Positions 42,601-57,392 of a stretch of 64,000 nucleotides of DNA are shown here, one piece after another. Where the stretch lies: positions 7,131-71,130 of the forward strand of contig JAQGDQ010001006.1 in the NCBI GenBank assembly GCA_030141605.1. The letters run 5' to 3'. The translations under genes and the position numbers were made by a program. The stretch's first letter is position 1; each line of letters opens with the position of its first letter. Origin of the DNA: Tubiluchus corallicola. Its lineage: Eukaryota; Animalia; Priapulida. The notes under the pieces were generated by a model. It saw only the letters and a program-made list of their open reading frames with translations, had not been told where the DNA came from and ran no database searches.

Positions 42601-45600
42601 ATCATTTATTAATGTACCTTTCTAGCGATCATTCCCATAATTCCATTCCAAGAACCATCGGCCTGTTTAGAACCAAACTTTCCATCCACACTGGGTATCA
42701 AATCATACCTTAAAAATGCCAAATAGAATGAAGGCAACGTGACTTCGAAAGCCTAAAAACTGTGTTCACGTACGTGAAGCAGTACGATGAGATTAAATGA
42801 TGTTATGATTACCATGATGATTAGTTTCTGAAGAAACAGACAACTTATGATGATTGGCTGAAGATTAAACAGACGACTTACAGACACCAATAAGAGTTGC
42901 CTTATAGATGCCGTTTACTCACAAACTGGACTTGGTACAGACTCGATATGGACTGTGTCCAGAATCACACAGCATGTAATAAAGCAAACTTTTATAACTT
43001 GTTTAAATTTAAATCCTATTTGCATATTTAAAACTGATTCTATAAACAAAAACCGGTATTCTTTTACCAATAAGTATATGTAGGTATTATAATCTATCAG
43101 CAATTAGAGTTCCTTTACAAGCAGTTTAGACGAGAAAAATGAAAGATTGGAAAAACAGTCAGCAGGAAAGGTGAAAAACATTGATAGGTAAACTAGACGA
43201 AAGAAAGAGAAAGAGAGAGAAGTTAGATGGATGGATAGATGGATAAATGGATGGATGGATGGATGGATGGATGGATGGATGGATGGATGGATGGATGGAT
43301 GGATGGATGGATGGATGGATGGATAGATGGATAAGTAGATGGATAGATGGATAAGTAGATGGGTAGATGGATAAATTGAGTGATAGACAGATAGAAGACG
43401 AGAGTGAGAGACAAAGAGATAGAGGGGGAGAGGGGGAAGAGCGAGAGAGAGAGAGAGATGAAATGTGCATACGTAAAATTAAACATGTCTGCCAAACCAC
43501 TGAGAATATTGATGATTAGCCCAGAATGATTTGCGCCAGCTTCTAAATTTCCCGGAACAATATATGGTGCAGACTAAAACGACAAAAACAAAAAGTACTT
43601 AAAGTAAAAAATGATTAAGCTATGCAAATTGTATAAAAGAGTAACTAATGTAAGTACATAATTAATTTATAAATATTACACTCGTGACTAGGTGTTAAAG
43701 ACACAAATAGTAATTATAAGCGTATAGGGTGAGCTTACTTGACAATAACTTAATAAAGTAGGATTTATACTGACTTAAATACAAACTCCTGTAAAAGAAA
43801 TATAAACTCTTGTAAAAGAACAGCCGTTTTCAAACAAAAAGATATTCACCTGGACTAATAATAGCAAAATGTTAACAGCTACAAAAACATGCAGGAAGTG
43901 GCCATATCATGTCAGTTCATATCATGATGAGATGGTTTTGACGTCTGAGACAAAGATGACATCATTTGCGGCACCGATGTTGATAGTTATAACGACGAAA
44001 AAGATGTCAATAAGGATGGTGATGATAAGAGCAGTAAGTATTCATAACCTTTGAATAGTTTCTTACAAAAATCGTATGCTAACTGTAAAGTTATTATGCT
44101 AAATTAATTATGCAAAAATTTAAGACTGTGTAAATTAAAATTGTGTAACTTACATGATTGATCATTACTCCAGCTTTAAGTTTTCTTCATTTAATTTGTA
44201 CTTTGTCATTGGAAATAGATATTCTTCCTTTTCGAGACCTTTTCCCTAGAAAAGAAAGAGAAAACGATAAAGCATCTGGAGGCTGTGAAACATTTTGCAA
44301 GGCTAATCAGCCCCCATGCAGTGAAATACTGCAAAAAATGTCTATGGATGTACTTTTTCTAAGTACTGTCCGAGAGCTATATGAACAAAGTACTAACTTA
44401 ATACCAAAAATTCAAATGAAGAAATGGAAAAAATCATCCTAGCGCAATCAGTAAATAAACACATTTTCACCTCATTTGGTTGCATCAATTTTTGCAGTGT
44501 ATTCCTGATGCCACGTGGGGCTCCAGATGCTGACACCGTCTTGATGGTGTAAAGCTTAACATCTTTACTCTAAAAAGACAGAACATATTTATATGACATA
44601 AATTAATGCTAAGCAAGACATGTTTACAAGTTAGTAAACAGGTATAGGCATATCCATAGAGCTAGCTAATAATATGTATGTAATATCGTGCATATAGCCA
44701 TAGCTTATAAGTATGCACCTTAATACACAAGACTTCTTACAAATCAATTGCACGTTTGTTAGGAAGAAAACAGTTTTCACATGTACCCACCTTATTAGTT
44801 GAAGAAAGTGGTGAACTAATAATGAGAGCATTTGTGAATGCTGGAATGACGTTGATAAATGTTTGAGGTTTATCTTCTAAAACAAATATCCATCGATTGA
44901 TGAAATCGAAACTATTGGAAGACATTGCCTGCAAAAGGTTTGGCTTGTTTGTCATAAATGTACAAAGATAACATTTCAAAACTGTTAGATAACCAAAGCC
45001 ACCTTATGAATGAAGTGAAGTGCCATTATTTTTATTACTTCATTACTTATTTAATAATTTTTAAAAGAAGTCTCTAACTTATACCGTCCAACAATAATAG
45101 GTCTAATATTTTATTAGCTTATTGGCCCAGAATTGGCAGTTACTGAAATTCAATTTTATAAGCTTGCAAACTTTGCATAGCATTTTCGAAGGGAAGCGAG
45201 CGAATTCTCCAAAACTGGATGATTCATTCTATGAAAGCAAATGAATTAAAACTTGCTGTACCTTTTAATAAAACGAAAATTTGCTGATTTAAGATGTTTT
45301 AACTTGTTCCAAAGTGTTAAAATAAGCTACCAATAGAACTTACACTTAAATTCTTTTAACAGGGAAATAAAAACTCATCATTTTAAGAACTATTTTAATG
45401 CATCAGTGGAAATGTTTTGCAAATTTTTAATGATTTATAAATAGGTCTAATTGCATTATAACTTTTTAGTACGTTATCTAAATATTTTTATTTTTACAGC
45501 AACTTTGAAAAAATATTGAAAGACCGTTTTATATAAATACACACATTATACATTAATAATATTATAAATTCTGCAACGTTGGACAACTTAAGCAATTTAC

Positions 45601-47278
45601 AAAACTACAAGTTCTTTGAAAAGAAAAACTTACCAATTCCACAAGACTGGAGGACTTCAGTGAGTTTCCAACGACCACAAAGGTGTTAATTTTTTCCTTC
45701 TTCGACATAAAGAGTTCCCATGTTGCCTCATGGTTGTCGTTTATCAATGTTATAGACATGTCCTTGGCATGTTGGAAAATATAATCTGTTATATCCTCCA
45801 AACAATTACAATTACCTATAATAAAAAAGTGGTATGTTGCACAAACCACTGTAGCATTGTGGAATGAATGAACTTTTAATCTGAAATGCAGCCAACAGAA
45901 GTAATAGCATTTGACTACCATAAGATCTAATCAAAGTTCATTAGCAATTAATCATGATAGCAAAGAAATTGTCTTATTGTTTTGTTACTTACAGATTATA
46001 TTGATGAACCAACTTCTTCATGAACCAACAATATATTACCTGTATGATTTAGAACAATAATTCCAACAGACTGCCATTTCAATACCTTGAGGCATTCTCC
46101 AAGAGCTGATAGTCGTTTCTCCATGTCGCAACGGATACTTTTCGCAATTTCGTTAGTTCCTAAAGTTAATAAACAAAAAGAGTCATTTATAACGAGGGTC
46201 GTTTATATCCACCTCGAGTACATGTTTGCTACATGGGGAAGTAATTCTGACATGGGGGGCAATTTGCTCTCCGGGGAGAGATAGTAAGTCTAAGGGGACG
46301 GATTTTAGTTAAAGAAGGAGCTCCAAACTTCTAGGTTTTTACTTTCGACACCCCTCTTCTCTATAAGGTTCTGTCACTTGTTACATCCTGTGAGCTTGTG
46401 TTCCCTTGATTTATTTTAGTGTCATTAGGACGTTCTATTATTTCTAAGAAAGTTAAGATTTATCCACCAGGTGGCTTCTTGACAGACTTTCGTAATTCAT
46501 TAAAGCATTTTTTGCATAGGAAGACGTCATTTAATACTGGATTATGGTTTATGGCAGCATACCGAAGCAGGTAAAAGATTTGAAAATAATAGCAATTGGC
46601 CTTTAACATTTTTTTATCTCCTAACCTTTTATATTTAAATGTCTATAAAGAGTTAAATACTTAAGACATTTCATTCATGCACGGCATATTGAACGCACTA
46701 ATAAGCGCAATTTTGTCATGATGAACCAGAATGACAGGCCTTAATACCTGGGTTGTGGAATGCGACAAACACGAGCTTGTAAACAAGTAAGACACAAGTG
46801 AAAAGTGAAGCTAATAAATAAAGTTAGAAATTTTATTTCCAATTACGAAGTTTGAATCACATGGACTGCATGATTAACCAACAATTCTAAAATTAATTAT
46901 AAAAAAAGAAACGACAGCTTTCGTAGCAAACATAATACATGCTGCTGCACGGTTAGCAGAAGGCTTAGGTTCAAATCCCAGTGGAGGTACAAGACGTTTT
47001 CAGATTTTCTAATTAATTATGGAATTATTTAAGTGATTAATGATGCCATACATATGTGTATAAGCCAAATTTTGAAAAATGGGAAAAGCCAAGCATTAGG
47101 AAAGCAAATATGTAGCTTGACATTGAGATGCAAATATTGAAAGCTGTGCCATCACAGTGTTTATATCATGGGAAAGTTTCAGGCATAATCCAGTAATTAT
47201 CCCACGTTTAACTTCTGATTGTTGGTGCTTACTAGATCAAGAGTTTTTTTTATAGTATTTCTTAATTATGCCAAAACT

Positions 47279-47314
<36 letters not shown>

Positions 47315-48042
47315 GTAAAATAATAATAGTAATAATTTATTTAATTAGTACTTAATAGGTATAATAATAATATATTATACAGTCTTACGTATTTCATTAT
47401 TAAAAGTTTCTTTCAGTCTACAACAAATTGTTTTTTATAATGCTATCAGTTACTTGTTTTCCTAAAATGATGACCTATTAAAGTCTCTCAGTAAAAATTT
47501 TCAACATTAAAATTAACGTTATACATATTGTATGAGTCAGCTAAATAGCTCCCAGGAACAAGTGTTTTTTACGTTTATTTAAAACCCGAGTTTATATATA
47601 GTCTTGATTTGATCTGAACTGATCAATTTATGTCCAATCTGAAATTTATTTATTTTTTATTTATTTTTTGTTTATTATTATTATTATCACAATCAGTACA
47701 ATATAATGACATTAAGCACACAGTGACAACAAAATTATCACATCTATTGTATTAAATTGTTATGTTTCATACACTATCGCTATCATAAAAGAATAATTGT
47801 ACTGCAGTGGGCTAGACAAGCAAAGAAGAAATCACATTTACATACTGCTGCATATTACTGTGATATGCACAACCCGAATATAAGATTGGAGTATTTTTAA
47901 TCACAACATAATATAATTAAAAACATAAGCTGTACTTGCATATACCTGATTACAATGAACACAACTTACTTTCTTCTAATGCTGTTAATCCGTTAATCAA
48001 AGCTACAACCAACAGTGTAAAACATGCAATGCAATACATCAT
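39689..48042 (-). CDS. Ionotropic receptor paralog B, 13 exons: 48042-47970, 46159-46040, 45815-45634, 44928-44791, 44569-44471, 44245-44154, 43573-43473, 42708-42618, 42007-41849, 41559-41412, 40904-40684, 40398-40127, 39932-39689; 1-bp deletion in exon 6 (young pseudogene or sequence error)
   Basis: Same exon sizes, phases and iGluR/IR motifs as paralog A, except exon 6 is 92 bp instead of 93, giving a premature TAA at 44167-44165. Confidence 0.88.
43225..43372. repeat. (GGAT)n microsatellite
   Basis: Read directly. Confidence 0.93.
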
Positions 48043-49031
48043 CACTGATTACGTATAAGTTATTGAAACTTCACACATTTGCACATTTGTGTGTGTCAAT
48101 ACTAATATAAAAGTTCAAAGAAATGTAAACTGCTCACTAATGGTGGTGACTTGTCATGCATCCATCGTACGTCTTTTTCATGTTTAATTAACAACACGCG
48201 TGTTTACATTATTTTATAACGCAGACCTCCAACCATCATCAGTGAATCCCAGATGGTACATGCCTCACTTGTTTCTATGGGTTTGATTTTAAATTGAACA
48301 TTGGCATTTTAGGGAGGTGTAACAGGCCGAGAGGTTACTGTGTTTGCTTAGTGACCAAAGTTAAACAACGTCGAACCTGACAAGTAACTAAATTGGTAAC
48401 AGTTATGTTTAATGCTCATTCCATGTAGTTTCGTTTGCGATATTGCCTCAATGAGGGAGGGTCAGATAGTGTCTCGCCTTGGAGGTATTTTTAGTAAACT
48501 CATTTCATGACTGATCCTGTTATTAAGTACAGGAATTAACCAGCCTTCAAAGCGTCAAACTGTAAATAAATTCTTGAAACTGATTTGTTATTTCATTTCT
48601 AGACACACAAGAATGTTCGCTTGAAAGAATTGCTTCTTCTTAGAAATGTTTCTGGAAGAAAAAATTCACAGAAAGCTTTTTTTGGACATGAATGTATATA
48701 TATATATGCAGTTTAGGCTTGCATCTGGTTAAGTGAAAACATATTGAAATCGTAGCGTGCTCTGCAAACTTTTTTTTGATACAATTAGGAGTATTGGTGC
48801 AGAAACCCAAATTTTCAGTCTTCAGTTTTGATAACTTTCCTGGCAAGTTTAGTTTTAAAAAATTGTGTTCATTCCATTATTAATTAATCTAATTAAATAA
48901 ATCTAAACAATTATTCGTACTGTACTAATCAGTACTATACTATTGGTAGATGTTGCAAATAAGTAAGCTGCAATTGCTAAACAGATCCATATTAGCCGAT
49001 TTTATGACGAAGTAACAAATTTTCAAGCAGG

Positions 49032-49032
<1 letters not shown>

Positions 49033-49128
<96 letters not shown>

Positions 49129-49143
49129 CATATATATATATAT
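49033..49143. repeat. (TA)n/(TAGA)n microsatellite
   Basis: Read directly. Confidence 0.93.
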
Positions 49144-50267
49144 GTATATTATTTTATATTATAGATATAAAATTTACAAACGTCTATACGCACAATTTCA
49201 TTCAAACGACATTATTTCAAATTCATTTCATTAATTCATGCAGTTCTTTGTCTTTTTCTTTGGTGAAAATAACTTATTTTATCCAATCTATTTGCATTTC
49301 CAAGATACAGACGTTAGTGCCCGTCTAACTAGCGAATGGCAAAATTCATGAAACAGCGAAAAACTAGCAGCGTGAACACAAAATTACTTTTGTGTGGTAA
49401 TAATTCTTTCACGTAAGTCATTCATTAAAAAAAGTATGTTCCCTGTCAGTATTTTAAACAGTAAATTGTTTTGAGTTATAGTTTCAGATCGGGTCTGATT
49501 TTCTTTTAATTATACATGTACATGTAGTTGTCATTGGAAAGCAAACTTAATAACACAATTTTTAATAGTAATCAGGTACTTCATTGTACAATTACTGTGC
49601 TAATTCATATTTCTGTACAAGTTTTCTCATGTCACAATAAAGTTTATTGCAACAACAAAACACAGCATTTAACAAAGATGCCTGGTAATCTTGTAAAAAA
49701 GCATCTTGATCCGGTAGCTGGAGTTGCTCTATTGCAACATTACAGGAACTATGCAATTTTTCATTTGCCTGTTACGATGACGGTACTCTTGCATTCGAAT
49801 AATAATAATTACATTTATGCATATTAAATACATAGAAAATTACTGTAAATATTTACATCATTTAATTAGTTATAATCACAACAAAACTGTACACGAAAAT
49901 TTCATTACTAGAATTAGCAAACCACCTAAATGTAAAAGTAACTTCGTACAGGAGAATTTAGTTTAGTCTTGGAACAGCTGAAGTAGAAACGTACAGGTAA
50001 AGTGTTACCTGTTCCGAGCAAAGATGAACTGGAAGCTGATTCAACTTGTCCATCACCAGAAAGGAGATCTGATTAGGAAATTATAATTTTTCCTCTCTTT
50101 TTGATAAAACTGGGTGACAAAAAATATTTTTTACTCCAAGAAATGAAGAAATGTATAAACTCTCTACATCTATCGTCTAAATAATTTAATGCCGGTCAGA
50201 AAACAGTCACTCTCTCCTTCCCTCGCTCGCTCTTTCTCTCTTTGTAATTCATTCATCCCTCTTTTGG

Positions 50268-50303
50268 CTCTCCCTCTCCCCCTCCTCTCTCTCTGTCTCT
50301 CTC

Positions 50304-50373
<70 letters not shown>

Positions 50374-50397
50374 CCCTCCTCTCTCTCTGTCTCTCTC

Positions 50398-50469
<72 letters not shown>

Positions 50470-50483
50470 CCTCCCTCCCTCCC
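50268..50483. repeat. (CT)n microsatellite
   Basis: Read directly. Confidence 0.93.
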
Positions 50484-50941
50484 GCTGATTCCAACTACTA
50501 TATGTGACACTGCAACTCAAAAAAAAACAGTAAATAAAAAATTACATTTATATTACATCTCCTGACAATAATGCCCACAAACTGCATTAAATTACACGTT
50601 TTTCTGAAACCGAATACTTTCGTAGAAAATGTGGCAATTAATAAACAGTACAAGCAAATATGGCTTCCATTAACTCAATTCACCACTTAATATTTAGTAG
50701 AAAATCTTTCTCATCTATAAGAATTATCAGTTTATTGTAGGCGAAGGATAATATTGCACAAATCATGAGATATTAATACAAGTCTACGTAACATAAGAAT
50801 CTATTAAAGGTTTAAATATTTGCAAAAAGTTCAAGAAAAAATGAACTAGGACTGCAATGCATTGTCTTCCGGAAATTCAGGTCATAACTTTGGGACACCC
50901 TGTACACTACAAAGCTATACACATTAGAAAAAAGAAGAATT

Positions 50942-51878
<937 letters not shown>

Positions 51879-53092
51879 CTACAAGTGATATCAAATGTAC
51901 TGCATCAACAAAGCAGATGGCAGCACTGTAGAAAAATCATTTAATTTCAACAGTTGCTGATTAATAATATTAGTAAGTATAAACAATATTGTTATGGAGA
52001 ATCTATAACTGATAGTCAGAGTCGGTGCTAGGCAATACGGAGCCCAATTAGAAAATTGCTAGTGGGGCCGCTTACCCTACAAATGCTAAAAATTAATGGC
52101 TTGTGCTTCGTGTAGTACGTCAGTCTCAGACAAAAATTATTGAGTGTTTGACACTCCGCCATTAGGGAGAATGATGTACTAAAAATGGAAATGAGTTTTA
52201 ATGATTTATTACAAGTCATGATGGTTACTGAGACATTATTTGTGCACAGGCCTTCTAAAAACAGACTTTTCTGGCTGTTCTATCCGAGAAATCTTTCAAA
52301 ATCATTTCAAAGTGAAAGGTTTTTGTAATGCCATTTTCTATAGCTTAGTCAAATTATTTAGTCTGTCTTGTGAAACTGTTGACCATAAGTATGTTTTAAT
52401 CTGTTTCGAGGGTTTGAAAGCCTTCCCCAAATTAGCAAAATTACAATTAAATGATTATCTAACTAATGCATATAGAATTCGCCAATTATCTTTTTTTAAA
52501 AAACGAAAATGGTCATGACAACCTGAAATTACAAAACAAACAAAGAAACAATCAGTAAAAAACATTGAAACATTCATATACGATGCTACTAGACTGAATG
52601 GTTTCACTGCGTTCATAATGTCAAGAAACTTCGTGCACGCTGGACACTTATTAATGCATCATAGTGTCCTTGACTCGAGCTCGTGTGAGGGGGCCCCCTC
52701 TTAGCTGTGCACGCTGGACACTTAATGCATTATAGTGTCCTCGGCTCGAACTCGTGCGAAGGGCCCCCTCTTAGCACGGGCCCAATTTGAAGAAATCTGT
52801 CTAATTGGATTTCTAATCTGTCTAACTGTCCCTGCCGATAGTTAAAACTGATATTGCCAAACTCTTGATAATTACCGTAATCTTATTTAAAAATAAAGAT
52901 TTGTAACAAAATATATAATTACAAACTGAATAGTTTAACTAAAGCAGTTGTTGATTTTTATCATTGCAGCCATACAGTCTTATTACTATTGCTGATAGTC
53001 TAAAATATCCTATTCCTGGCATTTAACATTATAATTATTATAGCACACTAAGCTTAATATGGTATCTGTTTATGTATAGCTGAATTTTTTAG

Positions 53093-55037
53093 AAAAATAC
53101 AATATACGTACATGTTGAGGCTGTGTTTGAAATTGGTAAGGTAAAAATATAATATACGTACATGTTGAGGCTGTGTTTGAAATTGGTAAGGTAAAAATAT
53201 AATATACGTACATGTTGAGGCTGTTTGAAATTGGTAAGGTAAAAATATAATATACGTACATGTTGAGGCTGTGTTTGAAATTGGTAAGGTAAAAATATAA
53301 TATACGTACATGTTGAGGCTGTGTTTGAAATTGGTAAGGTAAAAATATAATATACGTACATGTTGAGGCTGTTTGAAATTGGTAAGGTAAAAATATAATA
53401 TACGTACGTGTTGAGGCTGTGTTTGAAACTGGTAAGGTAAAAATATAATATACGTCATGTTGAGGCTGTGTTTGAAATTGGTAAGGTAAAAATATAATAT
53501 ACGTACATGTTGAGCTGTTTGAAATTGGTAAGGTAAAAATATAATATACGTACATGTTGAGGCTGTGTTTGAAATTGGTAAGGTAAAAATATAATATACG
53601 TACGTGTTGAGGCTGTGTTTGAAACTGGTAAGGTAAAAATATAATATACGTACACGTTGAGGCTGTGTTTGAAATTGGTAAGGTAAAAATATAATATACG
53701 TACATGTTGAGGCTGTGTTTGAAATTGGTAAGGTAAAAATATAATATACGTACATGTTGAGGCTGTGTTTGAAATTGGTAAGGTAAAAATATAATATACG
53801 TACATGTTGAGGCTGTGTTTGAAATTGGTAAGGTAAAAATATAATATACGTACGTGTTGAGGCTGTGTTTGAAATTGGTAAGGTAAAAATATAATATACG
53901 TACATGTTGAGGCTGTGTTTGATATTGGTAAGGTAAAAATATGATATACGTACGTGCTGAGGCTGTGTTTGAAACTGGTAAGGTAAAAATATGATATACG
54001 TCATGTTGAGGCTGTGTTTGATATTGGTAAGGTAAAAGTATAATATACGTACATGTTGAGGCTGTGTTTGAAATTGGTAAGGTAAAAATATAATATACGT
54101 ACATGTTGAGGCTGTGTTTGAAATTAGTAAGGTAAAAATATAATATACGTACATGTTGAGGCTGTGTTTGAAACTGGTAAGGTAAAAATATAATATACGT
54201 CATGTTGAGGCTGTGTTTGAAATTAGTAAGGTAAAAATATAATATACGTACATGTTGAGGCTGTGTTTGAAACTGGTAAGGTAAAAATATAATATACGTA
54301 CATGTTGAGGCTGTGTTTGATATTGGTAAGGTAAAAATATAATATACGTACATGTTGAGGCTGTGTTTGATATTGGTAAGGTAAAAATATAATATACGTA
54401 CATGTTGAGGCTGTGTTTGAAACTGGTAAGGTAAAAATATAATATACGTACACGTTGAGGCTGTGTTTGAAACTGGTAAGGTAAAAATATAATATACGTA
54501 CACGTTGAGGCTGTGTTTGAAACTGGTAAGGTAAAAATATGATATACGTCATGTTGAGGCTGTGTTTGATATTGGTAAGGTAAAAGTATAATATACGTAC
54601 GTGCTGAGGCTGTGTTTGAAATTAGTAAGGTAAAAATATAATATACGTACATGTTAAGGCTGTGTTTGAAATTGGTAAGGTAAAAATATAATATACGTAC
54701 ATGTTGAGGCTGTGTTTGATATTGGTAAGGTAAAAATATAATATACGTACATGTTGAGGCTGTGTTTGAAATTGGTAAGGTAAAAATATAATATACGCAC
54801 ATGTTGAGGCTGTGTTTGAAATCAGTAAGGTAAAAATATAATATACGTACACGTTGAGGCTGTGTTTGAAATTGGTAAGGTAAAAATATAATATACGTAC
54901 ATGTTAAGGCTGTGTTTGAAATTAGTAAGGTAAAAATATAATATACGTACATGTTGAGGCTGTGTTTGATATTGGTAAGGTAAAAATATAATATACGTAC
55001 ATGTTGAGGCTGTGTTTGATATTGGTAAGGTAAAAAT
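53093..55037. repeat. 50-bp satellite, ~39 copies
   Basis: Unit AATATACGTACATGTTGAGGCTGTGTTTGAAATTGGTAAGGTAAAAATAT, head-to-tail with occasional 1-3 bp deletions. Confidence 0.97.
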
Positions 55038-56323
55038 GTTAAAGGCCAATTGCTATTATTTTCAAATCTTTTACCTGCTTCGGTATGCTGCCATAAACCA
55101 TAATCCAGTATTAAATGACGTCTTCCTATGCAAAAAATGCTTTAATGAATTACGAAAGTCTGTCAAGAAGCCACCTGGTGGATAAATCTTAACTTTCTTA
55201 GAAATAATAGAACGTCCTAATGACACTAAAATAAATCAAGGGAACACAAGCTCACAGGATGTAACAAGTGATAGAACCTTATAGAGAAGAGGGGTGTCGA
55301 AAGTAAAAACCTAGAAGTTTGGAGCTCCTTCTTTAACTAAAATCCGTCCCCTTAGACTTACTATCTCTCCCCGGAGAGCAAATTGCCCCCCATGTCAGAA
55401 TTACTTCCCCATGTAGCAAACATGTACTCGAGGTGGATATAAACGACCCTCGTTATAAATGACTCTTTTTGTTTATTAACTTTAGGAACTAACGAAATTG
55501 CGAAAAGTATCCGTTGCGACATGGAGAAACGACTATCAGCTCTTGGAGAATGCCTCAAGGTATTGAAATGGCAGTCTGTTGGAATTATTGTTCTAAATCA
55601 TACAGGTAATATATTGTTGGTTCATGAAGAAGTTGGTTCATCAATATAATCTGTAAGTAACAAAACAATAAGACAATTTCTTTGCTATCATGATTAATTG
55701 CTAATGAACTTTGATTAGATCTTATGGTAGTCAAATGCTATTACTTCTGTTGGCTGCATTTCAGATTAAAAGTTCATTCATTCCACAATGCTACAGTGGT
55801 TTGTGCAACATACCACTTTTTTATTATAGGTAATTGTAATTGTTTGGAGGATATAACAGATTATATTTTCCAACATGCCAAGGACATGTCTATAACATTG
55901 ATAAACGACAACCATGAGGCAACATGGGAACTCTTTATGTCGAAGAAGGAAAAAATTAACACCTTTGTGGTCGTTGGAAACTCACTGAAGTCCTCCAGTC
56001 TTGTGGAATTGGTAAGTTTTTCTTTTCAAAGAACTTGTAGTTTTGTAAATTGCTTAAGTTGTCCAACGTTGCAGAATTTATAATATTATTAATGTATAAT
56101 GTGTGTATTTATATAAAACGGTCTTTCAATATTTTTTCAAAGTTGCTGTAAAAATAAAAATACTTAGATAACGTACTAAAAAGTTATAATGCAATTAGAC
56201 CTATTTATAAATCATTAAAAATTTGCAAAACATTTCCACTGATGCATTAAAATAGTTCTTAAAATGATGAGTTTTTATTTCCCTGTTAAAAAAATTTAAG
56301 TGTAAGTTCTATTGGTAGCTTAT
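55032..56323 (+). pseudogene. Inverted near-identical duplicate of IR-B 46613-45322, carrying exons 2 (55486-55605) and 3 (55830-56011); lacks exon 1 and is interrupted by the Gypsy element
   Basis: Reverse complement of 45322-46613 (paired coordinates sum to 101645 throughout); about 3 substitutions seen by eye. Confidence 0.93.
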
Positions 56324-57321
56324 TGTGGTGTTTTTGCCTTGTTTAAAAACCCACCTATCCCTTGCTACAATAAATAATGTCTTCGCTGGAAGCGGACATG
56401 TTTGTTTACAAAATCAACTTTGCAACCCGCCGATAGAGGGCGCGCAACAAGGAATCATGCCAATCGAGAGCTGTTGGGATGTTCGGTAAACCAATTAATT
56501 TACCGAAGATTATTTTTGGTAGAGCTTAACAAATTGTTACTATTTGTTAGCTGCAAAATAATTAGAAGAAAGCAGATGACAAAGTATACAGTAAAATAAG
56601 CAATTTAATAGCTTGTTAAGAAGATGCCAATGGAAATAAGTAGCAGTTGCTCAAAACCCTCATTACACATGCAGTATGGTATCACTTGGCAACGCGCATG
56701 CGCAGAGCACTGCATTTGTGTATAAAAACAAGAGTTTTAGCCGTGATCAATGCCTTTTTGCCCTGCTGTGACAAAAGCAGTAAAAACAAAAACCCTGCTG
56801 AGATAAAAGCAGTGAAAACCAAACCTGAAATAAAGGTGAGAAATTAAAACTCAAACTTCCAAGTTGAAGGATGAAATAACTCAAATTGCCATAGTCACAT
56901 GAACTTGTGACTAAATTGAGGCAAAGAAGTACAGATATTTATCTGACAAATTGAACAGCCCACTGCATTCTGAAATAGAATGATGTAACTTTAAATTAAC
57001 AATGTGCCATTTTCAACATTCAATTTGAAGTTTGCTTTGAATAATGAAGTTGAAGACATCAACTTGAATTGGAGTGTTTACTCCTATTATTGTATCTGAT
57101 TTATGATTAGAAAATAAACTGGTTAAACTTAATTTCTCATTATTTGCATTTTCCTTCCACTGGTTCAGTGTGATCCAATTTGGTACACATATGCAGAAAT
57201 GGACCCAAACTTCACACCTACACTATTACCATAGTGAGGTTAATGTACTTGTGGTGCACACAATTCATTCCCCTAGACAACAAAAACTATAATGATGCCA
57301 AACAGTGCAAACCACATTACA
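56324..57321 (+). repeat. 5' LTR (998 bp)
   Basis: TGTGGTG...CATTACA; direct repeat of 62999-63995; TATAAAA at ~56721. Confidence 0.96.
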
Positions 57322-57324
57322 TTT

Positions 57325-57342
57325 TGGGGGCTCGTCCGGGAT
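57325..57342 (+). promoter_or_regulatory. Primer-binding site complementary to the tRNA-Pro 3' end
   Basis: TGGGGGCTCGTCCGGGAT, 3 nt after the 5' LTR. Confidence 0.93.
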
Positions 57343-57392
57343 CTTTCTGCATTATGTTGAACCTGTGGAGTGAATTTGAATTAGTTTAACCA

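Noticed and set aside
46087-46284. Identical 65-aa ORFs at 46087 and 55361
   Set aside because: They are antisense to IR exon 2, and their identity only reflects the inverted duplication.
53054-55049. Long repetitive ORFs (up to 477 aa) on the - strand
   Set aside because: The 50-bp unit has no stop triplet on that strand, so all frames are open; 1-3 bp indels are tolerated freely, which argues against coding selection.
56402-56847. Two short ORFs repeated in both LTRs
   Set aside because: They have non-ATG starts and no recognizable motifs, and are duplicated only because the LTRs are.
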